Below, one piece after another: positions 11,901-24,648 of a DNA stretch of 43,340 bases. How positions within the stretch are numbered: position 1 is the first letter of the stretch; every line of letters begins with the position of its first letter. This stretch comes from Intoshia linei (lineage: Eukaryota; Animalia; Orthonectida): the NCBI GenBank assembly GCA_001642005.1, contig LWCA01000183.1, forward strand, positions 1 to 43,340, written 5' to 3'. Below the pieces are notes generated by a model that was not told where the DNA came from, searched no databases, and worked only from the letters and a program-made list of their open reading frames with translations. A program made the translations under genes and the position numbers.

Positions 11901-14750
11901 CAAATTTGACAAATTACTGTCCCATAATTTTGAATTGTCAAATATTAACGGATGTAACGGGCAATTGAATTTAATTTAGTTAATAAAATGAAATTGAATA
12001 AAATGACCTGAAGGTAAAAATAAATATTTTTGACTCTAGTACAAATTACTATTCAATAGATGAACACAAATATTACATCTAAGGTTTATACAAGTGAATT
12101 ATGAAACACTTGACTTGTTATAAATTGAAATTCAGTCGTACCCTTTAAACGTTGCCGGTATCAAAAATACAATACATGAAATGTATGACGATTAAGAATA
12201 TGTCACGTAAACTATTCTGTAATGTAAAAAAGATTTTTACAAAAAATGTCGTCTCGAAAGTGGCACAAATTGAATGAAAATGAAAAAATATGATGGTAAG
12301 AAATACAAAAATTTTCCTGCTATCAAAAATTTGGGAAATGCTGCTATATGAGACAATACACATTTTTTTTAAAATTTTTTACAGGGGTTTATTTATCATT
12401 TGCGGTGGCCTTGAGCTGGGTCGGTTCGGATCTGTCTCCACGGGTCAAACGTGAGAGTTACGAATCGTAAGTTATGATACTTAAAATATCACTTTTTAAA
12501 TACCAATTTCAAAAAATAAGGCCAAATTTTGCAAAAATTATACAACCTCTGTTGATACGGAGTGCCTCAGTTTCTAAAGTCCGGCTTTGTCATCCTAAGA
12601 AATATTTTGACCCATTATGTCGAAAGGCCCCATGTTTAGAGAATATATCATTTACAAAAATTTAACTTGTGTAATAGATTAAAACTAGCCTTAAATATGA
12701 TTTTTAGCACTATAAATTGAGGGTATTCAATTAACACAATTGTTTTCATTGTCAATTGTAATAATTGTTAATAATATCCTTCAATAACATAAATACGCTT
12801 TAGCGAATACATTATCCAATATAACGGTAGTATAAAATGATAATTCCATTAAATTTTTTGAAATTTTGGCGCTTTAAATTGTGGGATTTCATTAACACAA
12901 TTATTTTTCCCAACACTATTAACACTTTAAGATTCGAGAACTGCATATGCAATTTTGAATGTGAATTTCGAATTGACGCTAATCACTTAAACAAACAAAC
13001 TTTTTACAAACATGAATTTTCTTATACATTTTTTCAGGTCAATGTGGAAATTGTGGAATCAAAAAAAATAAATTTTAAAAAAAATGTCTGAGTGCGAAAG
13101 TGTTAATCTTTAACTATATCCAGTGGTTATTTTAAAAGTTGGGTTGTAACATGTTATGTATATGTAAATGTAAATGGAAAATGTGTATAATTATAAATTT
13201 GATTTTGTGAAATTGTAAAAAATTAATTCGTTTCATATTTTAATCAATTATAAGAATCAAGATCAGGATGAAACGATAATATTTTCGAAATAAAATATAA
13301 GCCATCCAGAACTATGGAAACAATTAAATATTAAATAATTTTTTTTTAAAATTGAAATATATCTGTAATATAACGCATATCACAGAATAAAAAAAATGAA
13401 TAATTTACTTTGAAAATCGTTTTCACATAAAAGTCCTGAATCTAGAGTAAAATGATAATTTTCACCAGTTTGTAGTTGTTTTAAACAAACAAAACAAGTA
13501 AAACAATTTTGATGAAATAGTGCTTCATATATTTTCGCATTTGAAGAATCACGTTCATGTGCCGTTATAACCAATTCTTCTTGCTTTATAAAATTTGTAC
13601 ATTTTTGACATTTTTTTCCAAAATTTCTAAAATTAACAATGTGAATAAAATTAAAAAATATAAAAACAAAATTGAATAGAATTCAATTACCAAAAAGTTT
13701 GCACGTGCAAATTTGAAAAATAATGAATGAAAATTTTAAATTTTAGTTAATAAAAACAAATTGAATAGATAATTTTTAATAAACCATGAATTGTTTCATT
13801 GAAATGTGGCATATTTATTTAATTTTAAATTTGTATTGTACCATAACTGTAACGTTATTCAAATAATGTCAATTATCCATGTCAAATTTATTGAAAATTA
13901 TCAAGAGTAACGTTAGTGTCAAAATGTTTCCAATGTGATCTGGACTATTGGGACCATGATTTGGCAATTTATCATAAAATATTGTTATAAAAACATTCTA
14001 ATGGTAAAATAATTGGCGTAAATTGATTAACTATCCTGTACCTATTTTGTAATACTTTATTTATAGCTAGTGCCACATAAATTTAAAAAATTGATAACAA
14101 GCGTCAAAATGTCGATTAAAAGTTTAATTTACATATACAGAAAAGTACATGACTATTTATATTAATATGTACATTGAAGAAAACTGTACTATTAAATGCG
14201 CAATGCAAAAACCAAGTAAAATTATGATAGTATTCTGTCAGTAAATAAATTTCATTTACTTTTTTAATTGAACGTGTATTAAAATAAGTTTTGACAATGC
14301 AAACTATAATTGTAAAGGTGTAAGTGTTAATGAAACCACACATAGTTTAATGCATAGTGAAAAATAATTGAATTATTAGTTTGAATTGTGTCATAATTGA
14401 ATTAAAAAAAATTACTTGTAATAGTCTGTTTTGCAATATAAATTTTTTTTGTGTGAAAAACATTTATCTACCAAAAGGATTTCACATTCTTTACATTTTA
14501 GACACGAATTATGCCAATGTTGTTGGTCAATTTTGCAAAAACTTTCGTCTTTAATTTCAGATTTACATAATGTGCAATACGATTCTATATTTATAAAATT
14601 ATACATTTTAAACTATGATATATAAAAAGTTAATTTACCTGGTTCAATGTTTATAGTATTAGGGTGAGATTTGAAAGATACATTTACATTTGATTGATGT
14701 CGCAAAACACTTGGTGTATTCATATTTTCAACCTTTATTGTTGAGCTCAT
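5918..14750 (-). CDS. Lhx1/5: LIM-homeobox transcription factor, Lhx1/5 (Lim1/lin-11) class, ~413-423 aa
   Basis: Exons 14750-14639, 14584-14416, 13626-13409 (probable 30-nt intron 13552-13523), 6937(or 6916)-6549, 6301-5918; all GT-AG and phase-consistent. LIM1 [21 protein letters not shown]; LIM2 [20 protein letters not shown]. Homeodomain [47 protein letters not shown]|[12 protein letters not shown] is diagnostic of Lhx1/5. Confidence 0.95.
6984..7177. mobile_element. hAT (Buster/Charlie-type) MITE in Lhx1/5 intron
   Basis: TIRs CAGTGGTTTTCAACC / GGTTGAAAACACTG; internal CGACCCC repeats; TSD TATTAAAT / TATTTAAT (7/8). Confidence 0.9.
7972..8509. mobile_element. hAT-type MITE with TAGGGGTGTGAA termini
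   Basis: TIRs TAGGGGTGTGAA / TTCACACCCCTA; flanks ATTTTCAC / ATCTTTAC (6/8). Related sequence at ~36330-36343 and ~36484-36615. Confidence 0.75.
9383..9708. mobile_element. MITE with TAGGGTGTCACA terminal inverted repeats (hAT-like)
   Basis: Perfect 12-bp TIR TAGGGTGTCACA / TGTGACACCCTA; the same terminus recurs at ~1331-1342. No TSD is evident. Confidence 0.65.
9725..10706. mobile_element. hAT (Ac-type) non-autonomous element
   Basis: TIRs TAGAGCTTGC / GCAAGCACTA; subterminal TTCTCGAGA palindromic repeats at both ends; perfect 8-bp TSD ATCACAAT (9717-9724, 10707-10714; nTnnnnAn pattern). Confidence 0.9.
12923..13102. mobile_element. Possible piggyBac-like MITE
   Basis: TTAA-CACTTT ... AAAGTG-TTAA, with only imperfect extension of the inverted repeat. 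Confidence 0.45.
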
Positions 14751-17094
14751 TGACGGTTTAGGAATGGTATTATACCTTCAATTTACAATTAATGTAAAAT
14801 ACTTTATTTGAATTAGGAAAGTTGGTATATATAAATAAAATTCGCCTTAGTATGTGTAAATAGCATAAATATTTATATATTTTGAATGTTTCGAAAAATT
14901 ACAAAATTTCAAATCAAAACAAATGTCATATAAAATGTAAAATTTGTAAATTTAATTGCTTTGCCACACTATCGTTTGGTAGTGACAAACATGAGGCGTG
15001 CCAAATAAAATTTGATAATTATCAGCCGTTGTAATGCGATTTTGGCTGTGCCTATTATGATAAATAGGCGTGGTTAAAAAATTAAAAGTGACTACTTTTA
15101 CTTTTAAGTTTAAAAAATAATCGATAAAGATTCAAATGTTATTGGACATTTGTACTGACATTTAAGTAACATTTTGTAAAAAAAATTATCTATAAAATTT
15201 TCGCATAAATTTTAAAATGAAACATAGTGGTCGATTAGTCTTTAATAATTCAAAATGGGAATCGGATGAACTGGAAGAAAATCCACAAGATTCATCACTA
15301 GAACTGCTACTTGAACTAGAATTGGAAGAAGAAGAATCATCATTGGAACTGGAATCAGAACTAGACTCACTGTGCATCATACATGACACTTTATAGACTT
15401 ATAATATATACGATTGAAGATTGAAAACTTTTAAATATCAATGGCCTTTAAATATCTAATATGGGTATTGAATATTTTTAAATTACTCGAAATCAATCAT
15501 TAGCTAATACGGTTACCCAAATGTATTTGACGAGTGTATAGGGATTCTTTTAGACGCCTAAAGACGCATATCAATCATTGACTTGTTGGATTATTTAATG
15601 TTGATCTTTGTTTTGTTGATTTATTTTAATCGATTGCCGCTTGTTACTATTTTTATCTAATCTTTTTCAAATTTCGAGTCTATATAATTTACTTGGTGAA
15701 AGGTGGTTACTATTTATTATTGTTGTCTCCAAGTGTAGAAATCCAACTTAATGACCATTTTAAATTTACATTCTATAAACACATACTTTGGCATAAATTT
15801 TTATTAAAAAATGGAACATTTAAATGGAACGAATGTTATGTAAATGGGTGAATGTGAATCAGTCATGTTATAGTTATTCAGTTTACACAATGCTCATGGT
15901 ACAATTTCAACAACCTAACATTCTTAATGCTCAATTATACAATGTACATATATTTGCCTTTGAATATAATGAAAATTAAGTTTTAATGAATATTAATTAA
16001 TATCAAATTATAATTCTAAATTATATACAAATTTTATAATTGAAATTACGTTATCAGCCAAATGAATATTTTTTAATTAGACTTTGAAATTTAGTGTATT
16101 ATTTTATATAAAAATGTTAAATGACGCAAATAATTTGTTAACAATTTCTAAAATTAGTTTCAACATACATGTGTTTAAATAAATACTTTTTAATTAAACA
16201 TACACCCTTAAATGCTTATTTTAATTCAGGTAATTGAATTTTTAACGTTTCAAAGGTTTAAAAATTTAATTATTTAATATTAATCTTGATATTTAAATTT
16301 TTGTATAAACGTGAATATAATGTATGTTGTGTTGTATAGATATCTTCCACAATTCAATGCTACCATTTGTATTTACTTTACATAATTCAACAAGGTCATT
16401 TAACATTATCAACATTACATTCGAAAACTTTACAATTTTTGTTTGCCAAAAGCTTCGATATAAAATTTTGAATACTTAATGTTCAATGTTGGTAAACTAG
16501 GATACATTTTATTTAATACGTTATGTACTTCGTACAAACAGTAACAAGCTCTACCGACGCCGATTTCTTAATTTTTAGACTGTTTTTTTTAATTGAGTAT
16601 AGACCATGAGTTTATAATCTTAAAAACAATCCAATTATAGTTACACTCTAAAAAATCTTCATAAACAACATGAATTCCAGAACAAATTAAAATTTGAATA
16701 CGTGTAGTAAATAATTTTTTCTTCCATCATGCATTTCGGATGAAGCAATTGATTGCAATGATAACTTATCAACATGTAAAATTTAAATAAATGTGAAAAT
16801 TACACGAAGTTGTATAACAAAGTTATACTTAAGTTGATTATAAACTCAAGTTTTGAAAATGAAATATTGCGTAGAAATGATAAAAAAACAGAAGGAATCA
16901 ATTTATGACATTGAAACCCATATTTTTGTATTTCAAATATGTATACGGTCAATTCTCATTTTTTTTGAAATTGTAGGATCAATAGTTAAATTTTCATTTT
17001 ACATTTACATTTATTTATTTACATTTGTTAATTTATATTTCAAAAATTTGAAATACACTATTCTCTCTATAACTAGCCATTCTTGGAATCTAGA

Positions 17095-17300
17095 AAAAGT
17101 TGGAGAGATATCCAATAGAATGGTGCCTTGAAAATAAATTAAATTTTCCCAATATATGTTTACTTGTTAAAAAATATTTATCCACACCGCCTTCGTCAAC
17201 TGAAACCGAAAGAATTTTCAGCGTAGAGTTCAATAATATTTTAAGAATCGAATCCTGATACTGTTAACTTTTGATAATGTTAACTAAAATGCTTGTACAA
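17095..17300 (+). pseudogene. hAT transposase C-terminal dimerization-domain remnant (ZBED4/ZBED1-like)
   Basis: Translates ERYPIEWCLENKLNFPNICLLVKKYLSTPPSSTETERIFS, matching the P-x-x-WW..FP-L..K-YL..P-x-SS..ER-x-FS consensus; frameshifted downstream. Confidence 0.85.
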
Positions 17301-18349
17301 TCTGTACAATGGTAATTATTTTTGATTCAGAATCAGACACAGTTTATATGAAAGATTTAGCCTGTTAATAATTATATCGCTTTTCATTTAGAAAAAATAC
17401 TAAAATTAATATATATATTCCGAAAATAATTACCTTTAAATTGAATTTGTCAAAATTTAATTAACAGTAATTTCTAGATATATATTAAAACAAATTTAAA
17501 TATATGTAATTTAAATAAGAATATTGAACTATTCCACGTTTATATTATCATTTAATAATAATATAATGTAAAATTTTTCATATTAAATTAAATTATGTAT
17601 AATTATACATGGCATTATATACAAGTACATGTATTTGATAAATGAGTGTATATATAAATTTTTTTAATTTAAAATTTCATTAATTTAGATTAGTCTATGG
17701 AATGAATATATTGAGCCATATTATACTGAAAATGAAAAATGAAATATTTTTATTTTATTACATTTTATTTCTTATAAATATTTTAATTTTTTTATGAAAA
17801 GTAGACACGATAAAAAATTACAATTTGAGCAATGTATTGTTAAAGCAACATAATCATAAATCTTGCTAATTAATCATATTATTGATTTTTTTCACCCATT
17901 TTTTAAAGATATTGAAGATAATTTTGAGACTAAAATTTCGTAGGATTTTTAAGCGAACATTTTTAACATTTTAAGGTATTTTTTGTAGTATTTTTTGTTT
18001 ATATTTTTCAAAAAAAATCAAAAAGGAATAACCCTAATGTACATTGTACAATATACTGAAAATATTGTTAGAAAACTTATACTCAATTTCAATTTTCATT
18101 ATTATTAATTATTTATCATTAGAACAAGTTTTTAATTGTCCTAAAAAAAATTAAAACTAGCCTATTAATCCAATTTTACTGAATTTATGGCCTTTAAAAA
18201 AAAATTGATATGGCAACCTAAAAAAAGTGTATTTTCATTACAAAAACACCATATGCCATTTTTCTAAAAAATAAAAATAGTCCTATAATTTTAATAAAAT
18301 TACATCTGACAGTTATATCCAGTGAACATACACAAACATTTTTAATCTA

Positions 18350-18550
18350 AAAAAGTGATGTCTTCACGGTTAAAAAAGTACTTTAGTATTTATTTTTTTT
18401 TTTCGAAACTATTTTATTAAAACAAAAAATTTGAAATTATTATCGGTCGTACAATTAAAAAAAGATTATACAGATTATTCCAGTTGATATAAATACAAAT
18501 TTTCAACTCCAGAAATAATTTGAAAGGTGAAAAATAATTTTTATTATATT
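18350..18550 (-). repeat. Diverged copy of the 3478-4154 repeat family
   Basis: CTTCACGGTTAAAAAAG...TTATTCCAGTTGATATAAATACAAA...GGTGAAAAATAATTTTTA is the reverse complement of ~3690-3880. Confidence 0.8.
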
Positions 18551-20479
18551 ATAATATAACGCTTTATAGATTTTTTTGAAATCTAACCAGATTTTAATTC
18601 CTAATACAGTATAAGTTACACATTTTGGGGTACCTGGTATATATCAAAATGTTCTGCTCTTTTCAAAAAAAACCAATTTTTTTTAAAAATTAGGGTAAAG
18701 GTTCAGGCCAATTTTTATCTACAGTAGATATCGTAAATTTTTCATCGGAATATGTTGTATACTTATATACACTTGACGTTAATTTTTTATTTTTTTTGAA
18801 ATTATCTTTATAAAGGGTCACAAAATTGAATTTAACATCAACTTGAATATAACTTAATTCTATATATTATATAAATTTCCTTATATATACACTTTAAAAA
18901 TGAAATATCTCAAGATTACGATCTAATCAGATAGAATGACAAACATCATTCGAATCCTGACTATGTTATCTAAGCCATAAACTAAATTTCGTTTTGCTCT
19001 TTTAAAATTTTTCCGAAAATGTTGTACCGTGTTATCAAACAATATTTTTCAAATTTGTATATATTGAACAAGTGCACCCTAAAGTATAAAGGTATTGAAG
19101 CACTGGATTAATTAATGCGACCAGATTAAATATGTATAAATAGTTTTTAATTTTATTCTATATAAAATAACATTATAGACTGTTATGATAAAAAACTGAC
19201 TTTATAGCATTTATAAAATTTTAATTAGCCAATTAATAAGCATAATATTAGTATTATAAGGATTGTAATTTTTTGTTGTTGAACATATCAAAATTAGTAT
19301 TTATAGCATTTTACTTGTTCTACATATTATGTGTACTAAGTACACTTGTACTTATCAACTTTAAAATTAGTAAAGTTAATTAAATTTTAAAACTATTAAA
19401 GTTGCTACCTCGACTGTTATATCTTCCCACAAACAGTACCTAGCTCTGCCGAGGAAAGGCTTTTTTAAATCTACCAAAAAATTAAATTTACATATAAGTA
19501 TTGCATTTTCTTTTAGTATAACTGAATGCTGATAATTTTGTATGAAATGAATAATTGTTTTCTTATCAGTATTAAACTCATATGGATTCCATATTTACAT
19601 ACTTTATTTTATTATTTAAAGGATTTGTGAAAAAATGAGATTTAAAAAGTGGAAAAAAGGTGATCATAAAATGACGGTAATGATAAAATTCTGTTATCTA
19701 TTAAATTAATTGTAAAATTATATATTTAATCAAATTAAGAAAGTTGATAATGATTCGTTGATGAGGTACATCAAAAATAATACTGCATTTATAAAAAAAA
19801 TAGACTTTAATAATATTGAAAAATGTATAAGAGCCATTTTCTAGCAAATATATCGGGAAATGATATCCAAGACTCATACTCATAGATAGACTTAAAATGC
19901 GCGTATACAGCGTGCACATGGTTATTTGCACTATTTTACATATATAAGTTAATACTAAAACGTACATTTACAGTTAAAAACCGTTACGGCGTTACGCGCA
20001 AGAAACATTTTTGTGAATATTTAATTAATTGAGGGTTTGTAATAGATAAAATAGTGAGATAAGAACCTAGTTAACAGATATTTTCGAAATTCAAAAAAAT
20101 CTATTCTTGTAATAAGACTATAAATTCGGTTAAAAATACACATAAAATGTTACGGCGTTACGAATTGAACTTATTACTCACGTTATACATTTATGGTATT
20201 AATAAATTGTAAATTATTACCACAAAACGGTGCTTCATCTCTATGTTCCGATAATTTAACACTTTAATTAAAATTAATTGTTAAGCTATTAATTTATTAT
20301 AGTAATATATAATGAGATATTTAAATTTTTTTTCAATATGTATGGAATTGATAGCGAATAATTACATGCTCACATTTAAATTAAAAAGAAATGAATCTTA
20401 AATAAATAACAGGTGTACAAAAATTTAAATGACAACAGGCGCTTTAACAGGATGAACATCTGATATGAGCTATAATAAA

Positions 20480-21045
20480 CCTTTTAACAATACATTCTAG
20501 TGTTTAAATCCTAATTTACGGAAAAGGTTTAGTTCGATATTTTTAGTTATTGATATTTAAAAAAAATATTAATAACTTTAATTTTTTTTCTGTAATAATT
20601 GGTTGATTTGGACTTTCCTCAGTATAAATTGAAACAACTGTTTCTTGAGATGATAATGACTGGGATGATGAAACTAAATTATATACTTCCATTCGAATTC
20701 GTAAAGTTGGACTTTTGGTGGCCGAAATAGAGTAAGGCTTAATTTATTTGTTTTCTTATTTTCAGAATACAGAAATAGCAGTCATTCGCACTTTCTAAAT
20801 GTTTCCATATTCTAGGTGTCACAAATCTCTTTTTAAATTTAATTATAGACGAATGGCACGTTTGATATAGATTTGAGGGATTCCAAAGTTGATTCTCGTA
20901 TATTAAAGTGTAAATTTGCATTATCAAATTTTTACATTTATCAGTCATAGAGTAACATTTTTTAGTGTTTGGCAAATATATACCACATCAAAAGCAATAA
21001 TATTAATAATAATAACAATATTTCGTTTATTTCGCACGCTTGTAT
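20480..21045 (-). pseudogene. Degenerate Chapaev3-like (CMC superfamily) transposase N-terminal fragment
   Basis: QLWNPSNLYQTCHSSI..RFVTPRIWKHLESANDCYFCILK..(frameshift)PYSISATKSP..IELNLFRKLGF follows the remembered Chapaev3 motif order WAPHxxCxxC / PMxWREPxxHxxDCYFC / YPxLPSAxRP / ELNDLVRDLGL. Confidence 0.6.
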
Positions 21046-21239
21046 TTTATTATAAATTAATAAATAAATATTCAAACTTAAAAAACTTCACCTTTTTTAA
21101 TGTAAACATTATTTTGAATAATTATTATAAATTATAAAAATGGGATAACAACTGTTTTTAAATTCTTTACATTCTAACAAAAAATTAAGATGGTTAATAA
21201 TTCAGTTTGAAGTAAAAAGTAATGTGATATAATGGTTTC

Positions 21240-22249
21240 ACCTGAAACAAATTTAGGAACCACTCCATTAAAGGATTGATAATGGTGAATAGTAGGATTT
21301 TTAAGTTAGATTTTCAAAGTGAATGTATTTTTTTGGTTGAATAAAAATGTGCTCTCGCTAAAAATTTCACGCTAAGATTCCTCTTCGTTACCGATCTATT
21401 TAAATAAACCTTCTTCCAGTAATATTCTATATTGTAGGGAATTAATCTTTATATCGCCTTTAATTCTAATAGGGCCAATTAATGAACCATTACAGATACC
21501 TGCCGAAATCATAATTCCTCCACAACCATTTTCCTCCTCATTTGCAAAGACGTTTCCATTGAATCATAAACCCAACCTCGAGGCCAACCACTTGGTCAGT
21601 CTAACGTGGCTCTCATTTCATCCATAAATATGAGAGTCGAGAAATCGAATTTTATGTATGACCGAGTCCACATGATAGGTTTTTCTATATGAATTTTTTA
21701 AATTAGGTCGTCTAAAGGCTTTTTTTACATTTCCAAAGTTTTTCAATATTTTACATTTTAGATACATTTCTATTGCCAATGCTGAAAGTAATTATTTGGA
21801 GGTTCGGAGAGTTTTTTGGCATTTCTCTCTGAATATTTCCGTAGTTTAAATTGCATATAAGATATTGCATAAATAGATGCAATTTTTTTCTATTTCTAGT
21901 ATTATTTGGATTTTTGATTAATCTCCTAATTGTGTTGCGATTTCTATTTAAAATTTCTTCTATATTTGGCTTGATCAGTCAACATTTGCATTATTTGTCA
22001 TTTTAATCTGTTTTTAATGATTTACCGCGTCCTATTAACTTTATAATGATATATGTTCTAATAAACGTGTACACTAAAAATAATTTTGATAAAGTTAATA
22101 CATAAAAAAAACAAAAAAAAATATAAAAAATTAAAAATCATCAATAATCATCGCTACATTGTCACATCATTAGGTAATGTTTTTTACGTCATCTTTTACT
22201 ATAATTTCTTACGAATTTTGATTATGTTCTAATAAACGTGAACGCAGTG
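21240..22249 (-). mobile_element. Decayed Tc1/mariner transposon, TRT (DD37E)-like; 5' end intact, 3' end not found
   Basis: Minus-strand terminus TA-CACTGCGTTCACGTTTATTAGAACA at 22249. Broken ORF from ~22035: IGRGKSL..IEEILNRNRNTIRRLIKNP..FDFSTLIFMDEMRATLD*PSGWPRGWV..GGIMISAGICNGSLIGPIRIKGDIKINSLQYRILLEE, with many stops and frameshifts. Confidence 0.88.
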
Positions 22250-23035
22250 TACATGTGTATATGTTATCTTAGATATGTGATTCACAAATACAGACAAGAT
22301 GAAATTGTTTAATCTTTATGGTAATATGTCTACAAAATAATTTTTAGAGTAAAGTAAAAAGAATACAATACAATAGTTACAACCCTAAAAAATGGGCATA
22401 AATAACAAATAAATTAACAACTTTAAATAATTTCAAATGTAAAAATGACGCCTGCCAAAACATTTATAAAAAACATTAAAAATATAACACAAATTGCAAT
22501 TGAAAGTACAGTTGTTACAAGTTAAAGTACAATTGAAGTGTATTTAAAAATTGTACAGTAGTTTTTTTTTTAGTTTAGTTTTTTATTTTAAACTGACATC
22601 AAGTGTGTACTTATAAAATAGACAGTACCAATTTTCAATAGGTGGTAGTCTGTTAATATGTCAAAATTGAAAATTTGGCAAGCAGCAAGTCGAAAAGTTG
22701 TAGTCACCTGAAGTTCATCATTTACAGTCTAAGTCTTAGACTATAAGTCCTTATTAACGGAATATTACTATAAATATATATTATTTTATACATGATCCGT
22801 TATATAATATTGTTAATTACATTTACTATAATATTAAGTAATTGCAATCAGTCAATATCTAGTGATGTTTATAATTAAAATATAAAAATCACTAATTTAT
22901 ATATTATATATTATTAATTATAATATAATAAACTTTTATTTTGGTTTAAAACTAAAGTTAAAATTCAAATTTAACAATAAAGGTGACAATTTTTAATGAT
23001 TCACTAAAAGAGTCCATCAAAATTTGTAATCAAAA

Positions 23036-24648
23036 ATGAAACTAACGTACACATTAATGAACCCATTTATAAAAAAAAGGTTTTCTGTAACAGAGAAGAA
23101 TATCAAAAAATTATACAACGTATATATAAAACGACCAATTCTAAACAGCAGAATATATGATTCGAAAATATTATCTAATTTTATAAGTATCAATAGAATT
23201 GATAAACCAGCAGGTATATTTAACATTTCATAACATCATTTAAATTAGGATTTCATTTATTATATATACCTTGTACATGGGGAATTGCTATGATGGCTGA
23301 AAATCACACTTTATGTGATATAAAATTACTATCTCTATTAGGAATTGGAGCATTTTTAATGAGAGGTTCCGGTTGTATCATTAATGATATTTGGGATGTC
23401 GATGTTGACAGTCAAGTAATATAATTTTTGATAATTTTATATTTATTAGGTTTCTAGAACTAAAAACCGCCCATTAGCATCTAAAAATATGCAAATTTCC
23501 ACTGCCGTTTTAATTCTGTTACCTCAATTGGCAATATCTGCATTTATTTTATCTTGTTTCAATGAATCAGCGTTTTATAATAGAATATATAGTTTTATAA
23601 TCTTATACATTTAGTATTATTTCTGGTGTTATGGCCGTGGCTTTGGTAATAAATTACCCGTTAATGAAAAGATTTATACCTGTACCACAATTATTTTTGG
23701 GTATTTTTTTTGTATCAAAATTAATGACCCACTAATTTTTATCGTATCTAAAATGTACAATATACGTAAATACAATGTATATTATACATGTGGTTAATCT
23801 ATCCTAGATTTTTACGGTAATAACAAAAATTGATCGGTACAGAATATTTTCAAAAAATATATAACGGGGTATAAATTATCACATATAAATTGTATTGGTA
23901 AATTTAATTAACAAAAAACCCACCACACTGAGGAACGGTGTACCCACGGTAGCGACAAATTGTGAACTAAAGATAAAAATGTGAATATTATTTGGTCGAT
24001 TAATAAAATTTAATTAAAATGTGACGTAAATAAATATTGTCTAAAATGGGACTTGATATTACTCGCAAAATAGTTTATCTATCCAATAAAAATAAATCTG
24101 ATTACTGTTCGATGACTTCTTTAAACTGTTAATTTAGGATTTACTTTTAATTATGGAATAATAATGGGTGCATTGGCAGTCAATCCAGAAATTAAAACTC
24201 TATTGTTAATATTACCTTTATACCTTGGATCTGTATTCTGGACTGTTCTTTATGATTCTATTTATGGGTTTCAGGTAAAAAATGTTAATGAAACGTAATA
24301 TAACATTTAGGACATGAAATATGATAAAAAGATTGGAATGAAATCAAGTTCAATATTATTTGAACATAATTATAAAACAATTTTTAAAATATGTATCGGT
24401 ATATGTGCAAGTGGTATGATTACTACAGGACTGTTGATGAATATTGGAATATCATATTATATTTCTGTGATTTTATTTATTATACATTTGCTCAATCAGG
24501 TAAATCAAATATTATGATATTACATGGTATATTATAGACTACGAGATTAAACTTAAATGATACCTCAGATATGATGAAAATTTTTAAATCAAACTCACAT
24601 ATTGGATATATCATGTTGGCTGGAATAATATGTGGAAAATTTTTATAA
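23036..24648 (+). CDS. COQ2: 4-hydroxybenzoate polyprenyltransferase (UbiA family), ~329 aa
   Basis: Exons 23036-23213, 23249-23415, 23450-23571, 23615-23700, 24138-24274, 24311-24499, 24538-24648. Motifs [76 protein letters not shown]. Confidence 0.96.

Noticed and set aside
12402-12470. GC-rich patch with A-box- and B-box-like words (TGGCCTTGAGCTGG, GGTTCGGATC) suggesting a tRNA or SINE
   Set aside because: The boxes are only a few bases apart and no cloverleaf can be folded. More likely repeat-internal sequence; tRNAscan-SE or Infernal would settle it.
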